From positions 128,001-192,000 of the forward strand of contig OZ241865.1 in assembly GCA_965203275.1 (NCBI GenBank): DNA of 64,000 nt, given 5' to 3'. Position numbers and translations under genes: made by a program. The notes beneath the pieces were generated by a model that saw nothing but the letters and a program-made list of their open reading frames with translations, made no database searches and was not told the origin of the DNA. The stretch is from Bdellovibrionales bacterium (GTDB lineage: Bacteria > Bdellovibrionota > Bdellovibrionia > Bdellovibrionales > JAUICD01). Positions 19,813 through 30,155 of the stretch are shown here, piece after piece; within the stretch, counting starts at the first letter, position 1; each line of letters opens with the position of its first letter.

Positions 19813-20895
19813 TTATTCTGTAATAGAAAAATTAAGTGTTTCTGTTCTGCCATTACGTTCTATGTTAATGGCAATATTAGAGTCTGTTTTAAGGCTATTG
19901 TAAAGTTGCATAGCCTTAGCTGGGTCATTGACAGCTTCTCCATTAACAGCTTTAATAAGATCATTTCTTCTAAGGCCTAATTTTTCATAAACGCTTCCAG
20001 GCTGTATATCCACTAAACGGAATCCATTCACAGCTCCTGTGTTAGGGTCCATATTGGGGACAGCCCTTGCTTGTTGTAAGAGGGCTGGTAAATTCTGCAT
20101 ATATTGATTGATCTCAGATCTTTTTAAGGAAAAATTATTACCTTGTTGTCTCACAGAAGATCTACCTGAACGTAAAGGATTAGATGGTCTTTTAGTAGGT
20201 AGAGCAAGTCCTTCGACTTTCATTTCTATGTATTCCAATCGTCCATTTTGAGTGTTTCTAAAAATGGCTTGATGGCGTTCCACTTTGAGGAGCTTAGCTA
20301 AAGAGTCCATATCATCATTAGGGATATATGGAGTCACTTTACCTTGCATTGCAACAGTAGCCACAGAGCGATCAGGGTTGGCGTGAACAATTGTGCCAAC
20401 AAGTTTCATCGGAAGCTGAGAAGGTACAGGATTACTTAAATCTTCATTATTAGGTTGATTTTCACTTGAAAGAGGTGGAGGGATGAGACCTGATGCACTA
20501 AAAATATTTCTATCTGTGATGACATTGTATTCTGCACGAGTAGGTTGTTTGGCTAAAAATGCTCTTTGAGGTGAAATACGCATTGCTGATGAAGCTATAA
20601 ACTTATCTCGAATACTCAATATACCTAAATCAGCAAGTAGCCAGCCTAAGAATAAAGCAAATAGATAGGCATAAGCCCATTCAAAAGGTGGTTTTTTATA
20701 GCCATCTTCTGATTTGTTGACCGATACATAGCGTGATTGATCCACTGTTTTAGAGAGATTGTCTTGATGGGCAGAGGGTGTGGTGGAGATACGTTTTTTC
20801 TTTTTAAAAAACTTAAAGGGAATTTGAAAAAGCTTACCTATTGGTAACATTTTTGGTAATATTTTAATTTTTTTAAGAAACAACATAGCAGACAC
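19813..20895 (-). CDS. gspC: Type II secretion system protein C with PDZ domain
   Basis: TM segment, 'RNIF', 'LVGTIV' HR domain and PDZ 'GFRLVDIQPGSVYEKLGLRRNDLIKAVNG'. Confidence 0.85.
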   Translation of the reverse strand: MSAMLFLKKIKILPKMLPIGKLFQIPFKFFKKKKRISTTPSAHQDNLSKTVDQSRYVSVNKSEDGYKKPPFEWAYAYLFALFLGWLLADLGILSIRDKFIASSAMRISPQRAFLAKQPTRAEYNVITDRNIFSASGLIPPPLSSENQPNNEDLSNPVPSQLPMKLVGTIVHANPDRSVATVAMQGKVTPYIPNDDMDSLAKLLKVERHQAIFRNTQNGRLEYIEMKVEGLALPTKRPSNPLRSGRSSVRQQGNNFSLKRSEINQYMQNLPALLQQARAVPNMDPNTGAVNGFRLVDIQPGSVYEKLGLRRNDLIKAVNGEAVNDPAKAMQLYNSLKTDSNIAINIERNGRTETLNFSITE

Positions 20896-20981
20896 CTATT
20901 TCTTTAAACTTAAATAATAAAATTGTATATGTTTAGTCTACTTATTTTTTATGAGGCTGTCAATTTGGACCTTTTAATTTG

Positions 20982-21432
20982 TTTCACTCAAAATAAATCA
21001 TGTCTCTGGCATGTTTTCTGGCAGTTAGCCCGACGACTGTCGTCGTCGATCAAAGGCTAACTGCCTAGAAAATCCATTTATTTTGAGTAAGGGAGGATCT
21101 CATCGTCTCTTGACATGATGTTAGGGAAAAAGTTCTTTCTTACATCTTTTGGCTGTCGCCGTCGATCAAAGGCTGATTGCCTCAAAAGTCCGTTTACTTT
21201 TAGTAGGGAGGATCCCTTCGTCCCTTAACTCCATGTTAAGGAAAATATCCTTTTAATACCAGTTAGCCCGACGGCTGTCGCCGTCGATCAAAGGCTGATT
21301 GCCTCAAAAATCCGTTTATTTTTAGTAGGGGAGGATCCTCTCGTCTCTTGACTACATGTTAAGGAAAAATTCAGTTTTAGGATCTGATGCCTGACTGCCG
21401 GATCCCGGGTTGCCGGATCCTAGATGCCGGAT
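20982..21432 (-). repeat. Cluster of structured palindromic repeat elements
   Basis: Full unit at about 20984-21130, half units at 21150-21367 and GGATCC heptamer-like repeats at 21379-21432. Confidence 0.88.
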
Positions 21433-21602
21433 AAAGGTCAAATCAAAAAATGAAATGTCAAACTCAGAGGTTATGAAATGACAAATGCATTTTTTGTTTA
21501 AGTTTAAAGATAAATGAGCCGAAGTATATTCTAAAGTTAAATTTAAATAAAAAATCTATTTATTCTAAGGTATTTATGAAAAGAAAGGCATGCTAAACAC
21601 TT

Positions 21603-23336
21603 ATGGACCTGAATAAAAACACAGCCATTGGATTACTTAAATTTTTAAAAGAATTTAGTGAATTAAGAAGTAAAAAGATCTTAACAGTGGATCAATTTGA
21701 GTCAGTTATTTATTTTTCTGACATCCCTCAAGAAAAAGAATGTAGTGTGATCACAAGGCATATCGAACAAAATCAAAAAAATCAAAAAAATATCAATTAT
21801 GATAAATGGATTGAGGTGAAAAAGCCTCAAAATATAGAACCCCCTCATCCACCCTCTACCATAACTGATTGGATTAAACATCAAGACTTAAATTCTTATC
21901 ATCAAGATTTAAAGCTTTTCTCTTATATTATACAAGAAAGTCTAGGTGTGAATGCTGAAGTCTTTACTCAAAAAGTTTTTATAGAAGATAATCCAAAAGT
22001 CCAACAAGCATTTGATATGTACTATCAACAAAAATGGCTTCCGTGGGCTGAAGAAAAAAGACGCATTGAACCTGTACAGAAACTTTATAATCAACTTTAT
22101 AACATTTATAACAAATATAAAAATCTAAGCGAAAACTATCAAATAGTATTAGGTTTAGGACTTCTCTCTACTTCAAGCTCAAATTCAAAAAATCAATCCC
22201 AATATATCAAAAGACATATTGTCACCACCCCAGCCTTAGTAGAATTTCATATTCAAACAGGCACAATAACCATTAAGCCTAAAGAAGATATGGAACTATC
22301 CCTTGAGCAAGAAATGCTTGATCTGAAAGAAATACCAGATGTGAGTGACAAGATAGACAAACAACTCAGTGAAATAGGAAATAATTTTTGGTCAAATGAT
22401 GCATTTTATAATTGTCTTAAGTCATGGATTCACTCGTATGATTCAGAAGCTCAATTTTGTCAAAATATTAATCAATTAAACTCGAGCTAAAGAAATAAAA
22501 ATATTAGGACAGGTGAGCATTGATGATCATAAAATTCGCTCTTATGAAGATGTTATTAAATTAAATGATCGCCTAGAAGCTCGCAGGGCAAGTCAAAAGT
22601 TAAACAAATTATGGGCCAATAAAATTTCAAGCTTAGATACTTCTAGTGATTTAGGTAATAATTATCACTACTTCAAAGATCTTTGTGAACCATTAGAAGA
22701 ATGCTTGAAGATTCATAAATCTGTTGAAGGCATAAAATCTATATTAAGTAAATACAAAATAGCACAACCGCAATGGCATTTACAAAATTTAAAAAAAGAA
22801 TTACAAATCATCAAAGCAGTATATGCCAATAGACAAAAAGCAAACATAGAATCTCAATTTGAAAACCTTACTTTACAATTAAAACCTTTTGAAAACCAAA
22901 AAAATCAAATGGCCTATCAAATGATACAATGTATTTATAATAGAGATTGTGATTCTTATGATTTTTTCTATACAAAGCTAAAAGATATTATTATGTATCA
23001 AGAGAGTTTTCAAAAAATAAATTCAATGTTTTTTTGAAAATAATAGATAAAGGGTTTCAGGTGATACCTCAATATGAAATTGGAGATTATAAGATCGATA
23101 TGGTTATTATCGGTCAAAAAGGCCAATTAGCTATTGAATGTGATGGTGATTTTTACCACCATGAAGGCAATAAAGCAGATGATCAACAAAGACAGTGGAA
23201 ATTAGAGCGGTGTGGTTGGACATTTTGGAGATTAAAGTATAGCAGATTTCAGTGGGACAAAGATAAATCTTTAGAAGAGCTATGGGAAACGCTCAAACAA
23301 ATGAATATAAATCCTAAGATTGGTAGCTGGGCTTAA
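21603..23336 (+). pseudogene. Remnant of a large SF1 helicase / very-short-patch-type REase (MTES_1575-like) gene, in three pieces
   Basis: N-terminal 'QKLYNQLY...YQIVLGLGLL...IKRHIVT' and C-terminal 'VIPQYEIGDYKIDMVI...LAIECDGDFYH...RQWKLERCGWTFWR'. No helicase motifs are left between them. Confidence 0.7.
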
Positions 23337-23611
23337 AAAATATCAATAAATTCTTGCTGAGATATTTGTTTTATATTACACATAATATAATAAGCCTTAG
23401 ATGCACTAAAATACGAATGTATCACAACATTACATTATGAAGAAGACTTTAAAAATAGCAGATGTATTTGATCAACAGGCTAAAGTTTGAGTTTTATTTC
23501 TCTATAAAAGTTGATAGAGCTACTAAAAAATTGCTTTTGCTTTAGTAATAAAAAATCATATTAAAACTTTTAAAGATTATTTTCAGGAAAAAAGAACAGG
23601 TTAAGAGGTGT

Positions 23612-25087
23612 ATGGAATCTCACGTAAGGGTACGCTTTGCTCCGAGTCCTACAGGCTATCTCCATATAGGTGGAGCAAGAACTGCCTTATTTAATTATTT
23701 GTATGCAAAACACACATCAGGTCAGTTTCTATTAAGAATAGAAGATACAGATCAAGAGCGATCAAATCTTGATTTTTTACAAAGTCAATTGCAAAGCCTT
23801 CAGTGGCTTGGACTTCAATGGGATCCATTGAATCCTTCAGAAGGTCAATTATCTAAAGACAACCTTTATCATCAAAGTCAAAATTTAAAAGTGTATAAAA
23901 AATATGCAAACCAATTGCTCCAAAATGGCAAAGCTTTTTATTGTTTTTGTACTGATCAAGAGATAAGCAGTAAAAAGCAAAAAGCTATTGCACAAGGTTT
24001 ATCGCCTCATTATGATGGAACTTGTTATCAATATTCATTAGATGAGGCCCAAGCAAAAAAAGCTACAGGGCAACCAGCCGTCATTCGTTTTAAAGTGCCG
24101 AAGATTCAAAAGCAATATCATGTACCCGATCTCATCAGAAAAGACGTATACTTTCCATCTAATATGATAGGAGACTTTGTGATTTTGCGATCGGATGATA
24201 TGCCTGTTTATAATTTTTGTTGTGTCATTGACGATCATCTTATGAAGATCACACATGTTTTTCGATCAGAGGAACATTTAAGTAATACTTTAAAGCAAAT
24301 GATGCTTTATGAAGCTTTTAATTGGTTATTGCCTCACTTTGTTCATTTGTCTTTCATTCTCTCTAATGATGGGAAAAAGCTCAGTAAGCGACTAGGTGCC
24401 ACATCTTGCCATGAATATCAAAAAAGAGGATTTTTACCAGAAGCTTTACTTAATTATTTAGCTTTATTGGGTTGGAGCGATGGTACAGATCAAGAAATTT
24501 TTACTCTTGAAGATCTCATTTCAAGGTTTACACTTGATCGTATTAACATTACCCCTGCAAGGTATGATGAGGACAAACTCAAAGCCATTAATGTTCATCA
24601 CTTGAGAAACTTGCCTTATAAGGAGCTTTGGCACAGAATCACTCCTTTTTTACAGACAGCTCATTTGGATATTAAAGGAACAACTCAATGGAAATATCAA
24701 TCTTTAGAGGTTTTAAAAAATTATATAGAAACCTTAGCAGATGTTCCTGCTTTGTATAAAATGTTAATGGATGCTTATTTTGAAGTGACAGAAGAAGGCT
24801 TAGAGGTTTTAAAATGGCCAAAATCTCATACAATACTTTTAGCTTGGCAAAAAAATCTAAACAATTTTTCAGGAGAGATTATGGATCAAGAACATTTTAT
24901 AAGCACACAAAAAGATATTCAAAAGCACTGTGAGGTCAAAGGTAAAGATCTATTTATGCCTTTAAGAGTGGCTATTTTAGGTCAACCACAAGGTTTAGAG
25001 CTTAAAAAACTTGTGCCATTATTTAAAATATCTTCTCTTCAAAAACGAGTGCAACAAGCTATAGATAAGCTAGATAAACGATCATGA
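23612..25087 (+). CDS. gltX: Glutamate--tRNA ligase
   Basis: 'RVRFAPSPTGYLHIGG' (HIGH) and 'KKLSKR' (KMSKS). Confidence 0.97.
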   Translation: MESHVRVRFAPSPTGYLHIGGARTALFNYLYAKHTSGQFLLRIEDTDQERSNLDFLQSQLQSLQWLGLQWDPLNPSEGQLSKDNLYHQSQNLKVYKKYANQLLQNGKAFYCFCTDQEISSKKQKAIAQGLSPHYDGTCYQYSLDEAQAKKATGQPAVIRFKVPKIQKQYHVPDLIRKDVYFPSNMIGDFVILRSDDMPVYNFCCVIDDHLMKITHVFRSEEHLSNTLKQMMLYEAFNWLLPHFVHLSFILSNDGKKLSKRLGATSCHEYQKRGFLPEALLNYLALLGWSDGTDQEIFTLEDLISRFTLDRINITPARYDEDKLKAINVHHLRNLPYKELWHRITPFLQTAHLDIKGTTQWKYQSLEVLKNYIETLADVPALYKMLMDAYFEVTEEGLEVLKWPKSHTILLAWQKNLNNFSGEIMDQEHFISTQKDIQKHCEVKGKDLFMPLRVAILGQPQGLELKKLVPLFKISSLQKRVQQAIDKLDKRS

Positions 25088-25965
25088 TCACAGAGAAAGG
25101 GCATCTTTTTGTTGTCGGTCTACCTATAGGCCATATAGAAGATATAACCTTAAGAGCTTTGTTGACTCTCAACCAAGTGGATATTATTGCAGCAGAAGAC
25201 ACAAGAAGTTTTCAAAGATTTTATCATCAAGTAAATAAAAAGTTACAAAATGATTTTCAATTTAAAGTCATATCTCAAAAATCATCTTTTAAAATTATAA
25301 GTTATCATAAGCACAATGAAGCTAAAGCGACTCAATATCTTCTCAAGCTTCTGTATGCTCAGAAAAGTGTAGCTCTTGTTTCAGAAGCAGGAGTACCTCA
25401 AATCAGTGATCCTGGATACAAAATCATATCTCAATGTTACCAAGAAGGTATTCCCGTGATAGCTATTCCAGGAGTTTCAGCTTTAACAACAGCACTCTCT
25501 CTTTCTCCTTTTCATTCTAGTCATCATTATTTTATAGGATTTCCACCTAAAAAAGCTCATAAAAGAGATAATCTTTTTCAAATTTTGAGTCATTATGATT
25601 GTCAGCTTATTGCATTTGAAGCACCTCATAGATTGTTAGAGCATATACACTCTGCTCAAAAATGGTTTGCTAATCGCTCTGTTTGTATTCAAAAGGAACT
25701 GACCAAACCTTTTGAAAGCATCAAAATCTATCCTAGTCCCAGTTGCTGTGTTTTAGAACAGAAGCCTCAAGGTGAATTTGTTATTATTTACTCTGCTCCA
25801 CATCATCAAAAATTCAGTAAAGAAAAAACAACAGAGCATATTCACCAGATGATAAAGCAAAATAAAACATCTAAAGAAATTGCAAAACAGCTTGCTCCCC
25901 ATAGTATCTTAAACAGGTCAGAGATTTATCGTCTTGTAGAAAAATTACAAAAGGTTTACTTTTAG
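25084..25965 (+). CDS. rsmI: 16S rRNA (cytidine1402-2'-O)-methyltransferase
   Basis: 'PIGHIEDITLRAL', 'AAEDTR', 'VSEAGVPQISDPG', 'KELTKPFE'. Confidence 0.92.
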   Translation: MITEKGHLFVVGLPIGHIEDITLRALLTLNQVDIIAAEDTRSFQRFYHQVNKKLQNDFQFKVISQKSSFKIISYHKHNEAKATQYLLKLLYAQKSVALVSEAGVPQISDPGYKIISQCYQEGIPVIAIPGVSALTTALSLSPFHSSHHYFIGFPPKKAHKRDNLFQILSHYDCQLIAFEAPHRLLEHIHSAQKWFANRSVCIQKELTKPFESIKIYPSPSCCVLEQKPQGEFVIIYSAPHHQKFSKEKTTEHIHQMIKQNKTSKEIAKQLAPHSILNRSEIYRLVEKLQKVYF

Positions 25966-26234
25966 TGAGCCAACTCCTCCAGCCTGCCTTCGCATCCCAC
26001 TCATAATATTTATATTTTTTGAAAATTACGCAGAATCTAAGAAGAATAAAAAAACAAAAAAAGAAATCTTGTTTTCTTATGCATTTTGAGTGAAGCAAAC
26101 GGCTGGTTTATTTTTAGTGAGACAAACGTGGTCATCACCAGAAAGTGACCAGAGACTAGTGGCACAAAATCTCTTTCGAATCATAACCCACTGATTTTAC
26201 TAAACTTTATTTTTGCAGGCTATCAAACTCAGGA
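25953..26234 (+). repeat. Repeat cluster: element tails, AT-rich linker module and TCAAACTCAGG-ended module
   Basis: Shares 'GCCTGCCTTCGCATCCCACTCATAA...TTACGCAGAATCTAA' with 17343-17415 and CTAGTGGCACAAAATC with 46441-46456 and 50255-50270. Confidence 0.8.
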
Positions 26235-26412
26235 GCAACCTACTGAAAAATTTAATATTTTTTCTTATTTTTGTTAAAGATTTTTTGCAAACATCCGATA
26301 CCATACTTAAGTAGTGATCACCATGTAAATCTTAAAACCATTAATTCAGTAAGCCGTGGAGGTATGAGTCCCATAGCTCTTTTTAATTTTAATTTAAACA
26401 GAGGGGGTAAAA

Positions 26413-26661
26413 ATGAAATATTTAATTTGTTTTTTATTTGCTTTTGGTATTTCCAGTTTGGCCAATAATGCCTTTGGATATGACAGCACAACATTTATTG
26501 GAAATAGTGCTTATTATTCTGACGGCACTAGTTCAAGAAAAATTGGGAGTGCTTGGTATAATTCAGACGGCACTAGCTCAAGAAAGATTGGGAATACTTT
26601 ATTTCATTCAGACGGCGAAAGCTCAACACAAATAGGCAACATTATTTTTCATAATCAATAA
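26413..26661 (+). CDS. Small secreted protein with SDGxSSxxIG repeats
   Basis: Signal peptide, 15-aa repeats and SD GAGGGG. Confidence 0.75.
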   Translation: MKYLICFLFAFGISSLANNAFGYDSTTFIGNSAYYSDGTSSRKIGSAWYNSDGTSSRKIGNTLFHSDGESSTQIGNIIFHNQ

Positions 26662-26761
26662 AGCTTCTGTGAGACGACCTTATAATCATCCACATTGGCA
26701 AAAGCTAAGTGGATGCTGTGAGGGTTTATTAATTTAACTAGTTAAAAGAGGGGGCAAGAAA

Positions 26762-27025
26762 ATGAGGTATTTAATAATATTTTGCATGTTTTTTATTCCT
26801 TTACCTACATTTGCTGGGAACTGCGACTATTCTTGGCAAAGAGATTCGGCAGGACGTCGATGCGGAGGGAGGGCGGCCAATGTTCGACCTGGTGGACGAC
26901 TTGGCGGGACCGGACATTATATAGATTCTTATGAAAGGCCTAGAATTTATGGCAGAGATAATGATCCATACGATGATTTTAATTTTAATTATGAGGATGA
27001 TGAGAAAGACTCATGGGATGATTAA
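26762..27025 (+). CDS. Small secreted protein with C-x12-C 'GRRCGGRAA..RPGG' motif
   Basis: Signal peptide, SD GAGGGG and an acidic tail. Confidence 0.75.
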   Translation: MRYLIIFCMFFIPLPTFAGNCDYSWQRDSAGRRCGGRAANVRPGGRLGGTGHYIDSYERPRIYGRDNDPYDDFNFNYEDDEKDSWDD

Positions 27026-27054
27026 TTTAACCAACTAAAAGAAGGAGATAGATT

Positions 27055-27270
27055 ATGGACTTTTTATCGTCTGTTTTATATTTTGCTCTCTTGGTGGCTG
27101 TGTGTGTGATTGTCGTTTTCTGTGTTCTGTCAATACTTGGTAAAATTGAAGCACATAAAGAGCGAGAGAGACTTAAGAGAAACATTGCACAAATGAATGA
27201 CTTCGAAATTTCTCTTTTCTTGATGTATTTAAGAAAAGCAAAGACTATGAGATGGTACGCTTCATTATAG
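27055..27270 (+). CDS. Small membrane protein
   Basis: SD AAGGAG and an N-terminal TM helix. Confidence 0.6.
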   Translation: MDFLSSVLYFALLVAVCVIVVFCVLSILGKIEAHKERERLKRNIAQMNDFEISLFLMYLRKAKTMRWYASL

Positions 27271-27664
27271 CGATCAGAACTGAGGTAATGAAAGAAAGAA
27301 TGGAAGAAATCGGAATTCGTGAACCTGAGAAATAGAGTTTTTTAGCCAGTGTTTTCCATCTAGTTCATTTGCTCGCTTTTTTTCAGTTATTATAGGCTTT
27401 TTTGTTGGATATTTCTGGTTATTTCAAGCATTTAAACTCCTTTTTAATACATGGATTCATTTTAACATTAGTGTATCACCTATTCTCATAAGCGACTTGA
27501 AAACTAGATAAACAGTCAGTCTATGAAATATGGAGTGAGGTCAGTGCAAGAAGAAGATTTACAGAAGATACGGAAAATACAGGATTGAGATTAGATGCAT
27601 TAAAAAGTATCTTTTTTGATAAGCATAAGATTTGCAATGTAGATATATTTGATGTTTTAGCATC

Positions 27665-27945
27665 TGCGTCTTTATTGATTAAATTATCAATAATCCTTTC
27701 TACATGTAGGGCATGGGATGATTTTCCTTTTTAAAGGTTGTCCAATTATTAATATCTGGATAAAATTTTTGCTCTCCATGATCAACTACAATACGGGAAG
27801 CATAAGCAATAGAAGGTAAATTAATAACTAAAATGCCAGATTTTTTATTTACTTTGCCATCATACATGCTTGAGTATATTTCCCAATCAATGTGTTTACG
27901 ATCTTTTGTTTCTTTACCGACAAGAAGAATCGTCACAGTGGACTT
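27665..27945 (-). pseudogene. TIR-domain (Thoeris ThsB / MTH538-like) gene remnant
   Basis: 'STVTILLVGKETKDRKHIDWEIYSSM...GILVINLP' keeps the WEI motif. After a frameshift it continues as 'ERIIDNL'. The N-terminus is missing. Confidence 0.7.
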
Positions 27946-27969
27946 AAATATAAAAAAGTAAAATGTGCA

Positions 27970-28878
27970 TTAGATGGGAAGAGATAATCTGTTTGAATGA
28001 AGTGATAACTTTATAAATTCTCTCTGCAAAGTATCAGGTCTTATAGCCTCAATATAATGAGGATTTTTCTTTCCTAACTCTTTCAAAACTGTTTCCTTTT
28101 TTTTCTTCTCAAGATGATTCAATAGCATTTCAACAGTAATACCTGCTCCAATACCAAAAACAATTGACCCACCTTTTGAAATATTAAAAAGATTCCTTGC
28201 TACATGGTACCCAGCTATTCCTGCAAGTGGAGAGGCTGTTCCCCTCAACAAATCATAAGACTGTATCTTCCCATGATAGACACCATATCCAAGACCACAA
28301 ACTCCTAAAATAACTTGGAGTGGGTTAGCTGTTGCAAAACCAAGGCAAAGCGTGCTAGCTGTAACCCTCGATATAGCTTTAGGATCACCTGATCGTATAG
28401 CTGAAATAAGAAATAAAACATTAAGACCTGAAGCAAAAGCTTCCCCTGCATTGATACTATTTATATCCCTCATGTATTCTCGGATTTGTCCAGGAGTAAT
28501 GATTCCACCTAAGCTTCCTGAAATTTCAGAACTTAAACTTTTATAAGCTGGTCTGTCTAAAGTAAAAAGAGGGATACCTTCAGGAGTAACAAACTCATTA
28601 AAGTGTGCCTTGATGTATTCAAAAAAATCTACCGATCCTGTTTGGTCTTTAATAGCTTTATAGCTACCTACTAAAGTATGAAAGCCATCAAATGATCTGT
28701 GAGATCCTCCCCCAATATGTGTTTTGTTATAAACCTCGTCCATAATTTTACTATATTGGCTCGGACTATGATTTTCTAAAAATTTAAAAAAGCCTTTATG
28801 AGTTTCTAAAAACATAGCACTAGCAAATAAACTTGGATCTTTAAGACCTTGAAATTTCTTCTTGGGTTTATAGAACAT
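27970..28878 (-). CDS. Hypothetical membrane-associated protein
   Basis: Intact ORF with 'GGGSHRSFDGFHT' and Gly-rich hydrophobic C-terminal helices. SD GGGAGG. Confidence 0.7.
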   Translation of the reverse strand: MFYKPKKKFQGLKDPSLFASAMFLETHKGFFKFLENHSPSQYSKIMDEVYNKTHIGGGSHRSFDGFHTLVGSYKAIKDQTGSVDFFEYIKAHFNEFVTPEGIPLFTLDRPAYKSLSSEISGSLGGIITPGQIREYMRDINSINAGEAFASGLNVLFLISAIRSGDPKAISRVTASTLCLGFATANPLQVILGVCGLGYGVYHGKIQSYDLLRGTASPLAGIAGYHVARNLFNISKGGSIVFGIGAGITVEMLLNHLEKKKKETVLKELGKKNPHYIEAIRPDTLQREFIKLSLHSNRLSLPI

Positions 28879-28892
28879 AAACATCCTCCCTA

Positions 28893-30041
28893 TCACCAGT
28901 CATAAGCCTGAGACATTTCTTTAGCCTTTTTATATAAAGAGATTGTTTTGTTTAAGTTTTCTTTATTAGATTCAGATAATTTATTTTGCAGTTCTTCACT
29001 TCTAGTTTCTAGTTCTTCTAAACTTTTATTAATTTGTTCATGGATCAAGTCAGGTATTAGAGAAGCTTTGTAAAAGTGTTTTTGTACCCGCCCTATAGCT
29101 AAAGCTAAAGGAAGAACCATTTGAGTTTGTTGTTCCATTCCTTTTAAATTTTTAACAGTAGAAGCACTGCCAACTATTGCACCAGTAGTAAATCCTAAAA
29201 TTTGACCACCAAGCATTCCAAATCCGCCTGATGCCAATGAACCACCCCCTAACAATGCTAATCCATAGTTAGTTGCCGCTGCACCAGATAGTCCAGCTAG
29301 ACTACCAATGCAACCGGCAGCTATAGGAGTTAAAAACAAACCGCTTGCACCCATTGCTAAACCACCCATTATAACTTTTCCTACATATCCTACCTTCTTC
29401 CAAAATATACCATGTAATTCATAGGAGGCTTCTTCAATTTCTTTGGCTATATTCACTTCTTGCATTTCAGTAAGCAGGGGACATAGTTCTTTCTTTAATG
29501 ATAAAATATCTTTGTTTGGAAAAAATATTTCATATATCCAATATATCCATCTTATCCACCACGACTGTTTAGTAGATAATGAAAGCTCTTTTGAAGATAT
29601 GACTTTAATTGATTCTTTAATAAATCGCTCAAAAAGTTTTTGGTTTTCTTCAGCAAATTCTTTATGATCTGGTATTTGTTTCCCTTCTTTGTTTGTAGTA
29701 AAAAAGGGGTATATATAATTTCTAAAAAAGACAAACTGCAATCGATATAGTAATCCATATCTTCTATCTTTGGCTTTAATCCGCTTATGTTGCTTGTACC
29801 ACTCTAACTCCTCAATCCACCACTGTTTTACAAAAATAGAAAATAAATCAGAATCATTCTCTGAATATTTAAGTTGCAATTTAGGAAATGATTGCAGAGC
29901 ATTATTGAGTTGTTTTTTTCTCCTCGCTTGATCTTCTGGACAAGGTGTATTTTGAACAGTATTTTTAGCACAGTCAATGAGAAGCCATTTTATAATTTCT
30001 TTTTGATAATCTGTGGTTTTCTCTAAATTTTCAAAATGCAT
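28893..30041 (-). CDS. Hypothetical protein with glycine-zipper membrane segment
   Basis: 'GLSGAAATNYGLALLGGGSLASGGFGMLGG' motif. SD AGGAGG before the ATG at 30041. Confidence 0.7.
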   Translation of the reverse strand: MHFENLEKTTDYQKEIIKWLLIDCAKNTVQNTPCPEDQARRKKQLNNALQSFPKLQLKYSENDSDLFSIFVKQWWIEELEWYKQHKRIKAKDRRYGLLYRLQFVFFRNYIYPFFTTNKEGKQIPDHKEFAEENQKLFERFIKESIKVISSKELSLSTKQSWWIRWIYWIYEIFFPNKDILSLKKELCPLLTEMQEVNIAKEIEEASYELHGIFWKKVGYVGKVIMGGLAMGASGLFLTPIAAGCIGSLAGLSGAAATNYGLALLGGGSLASGGFGMLGGQILGFTTGAIVGSASTVKNLKGMEQQTQMVLPLALAIGRVQKHFYKASLIPDLIHEQINKSLEELETRSEELQNKLSESNKENLNKTISLYKKAKEMSQAYDW

Positions 30042-30155
30042 GCAACACCTCCTATTTAATGGTTTTAAAAAATATTTAATTCTATACATAATTTAATTTT
30101 ATACATAAAGTTATATCGGTCACATAATTGAAAAACTTAAGTTAAATCTTTTATT

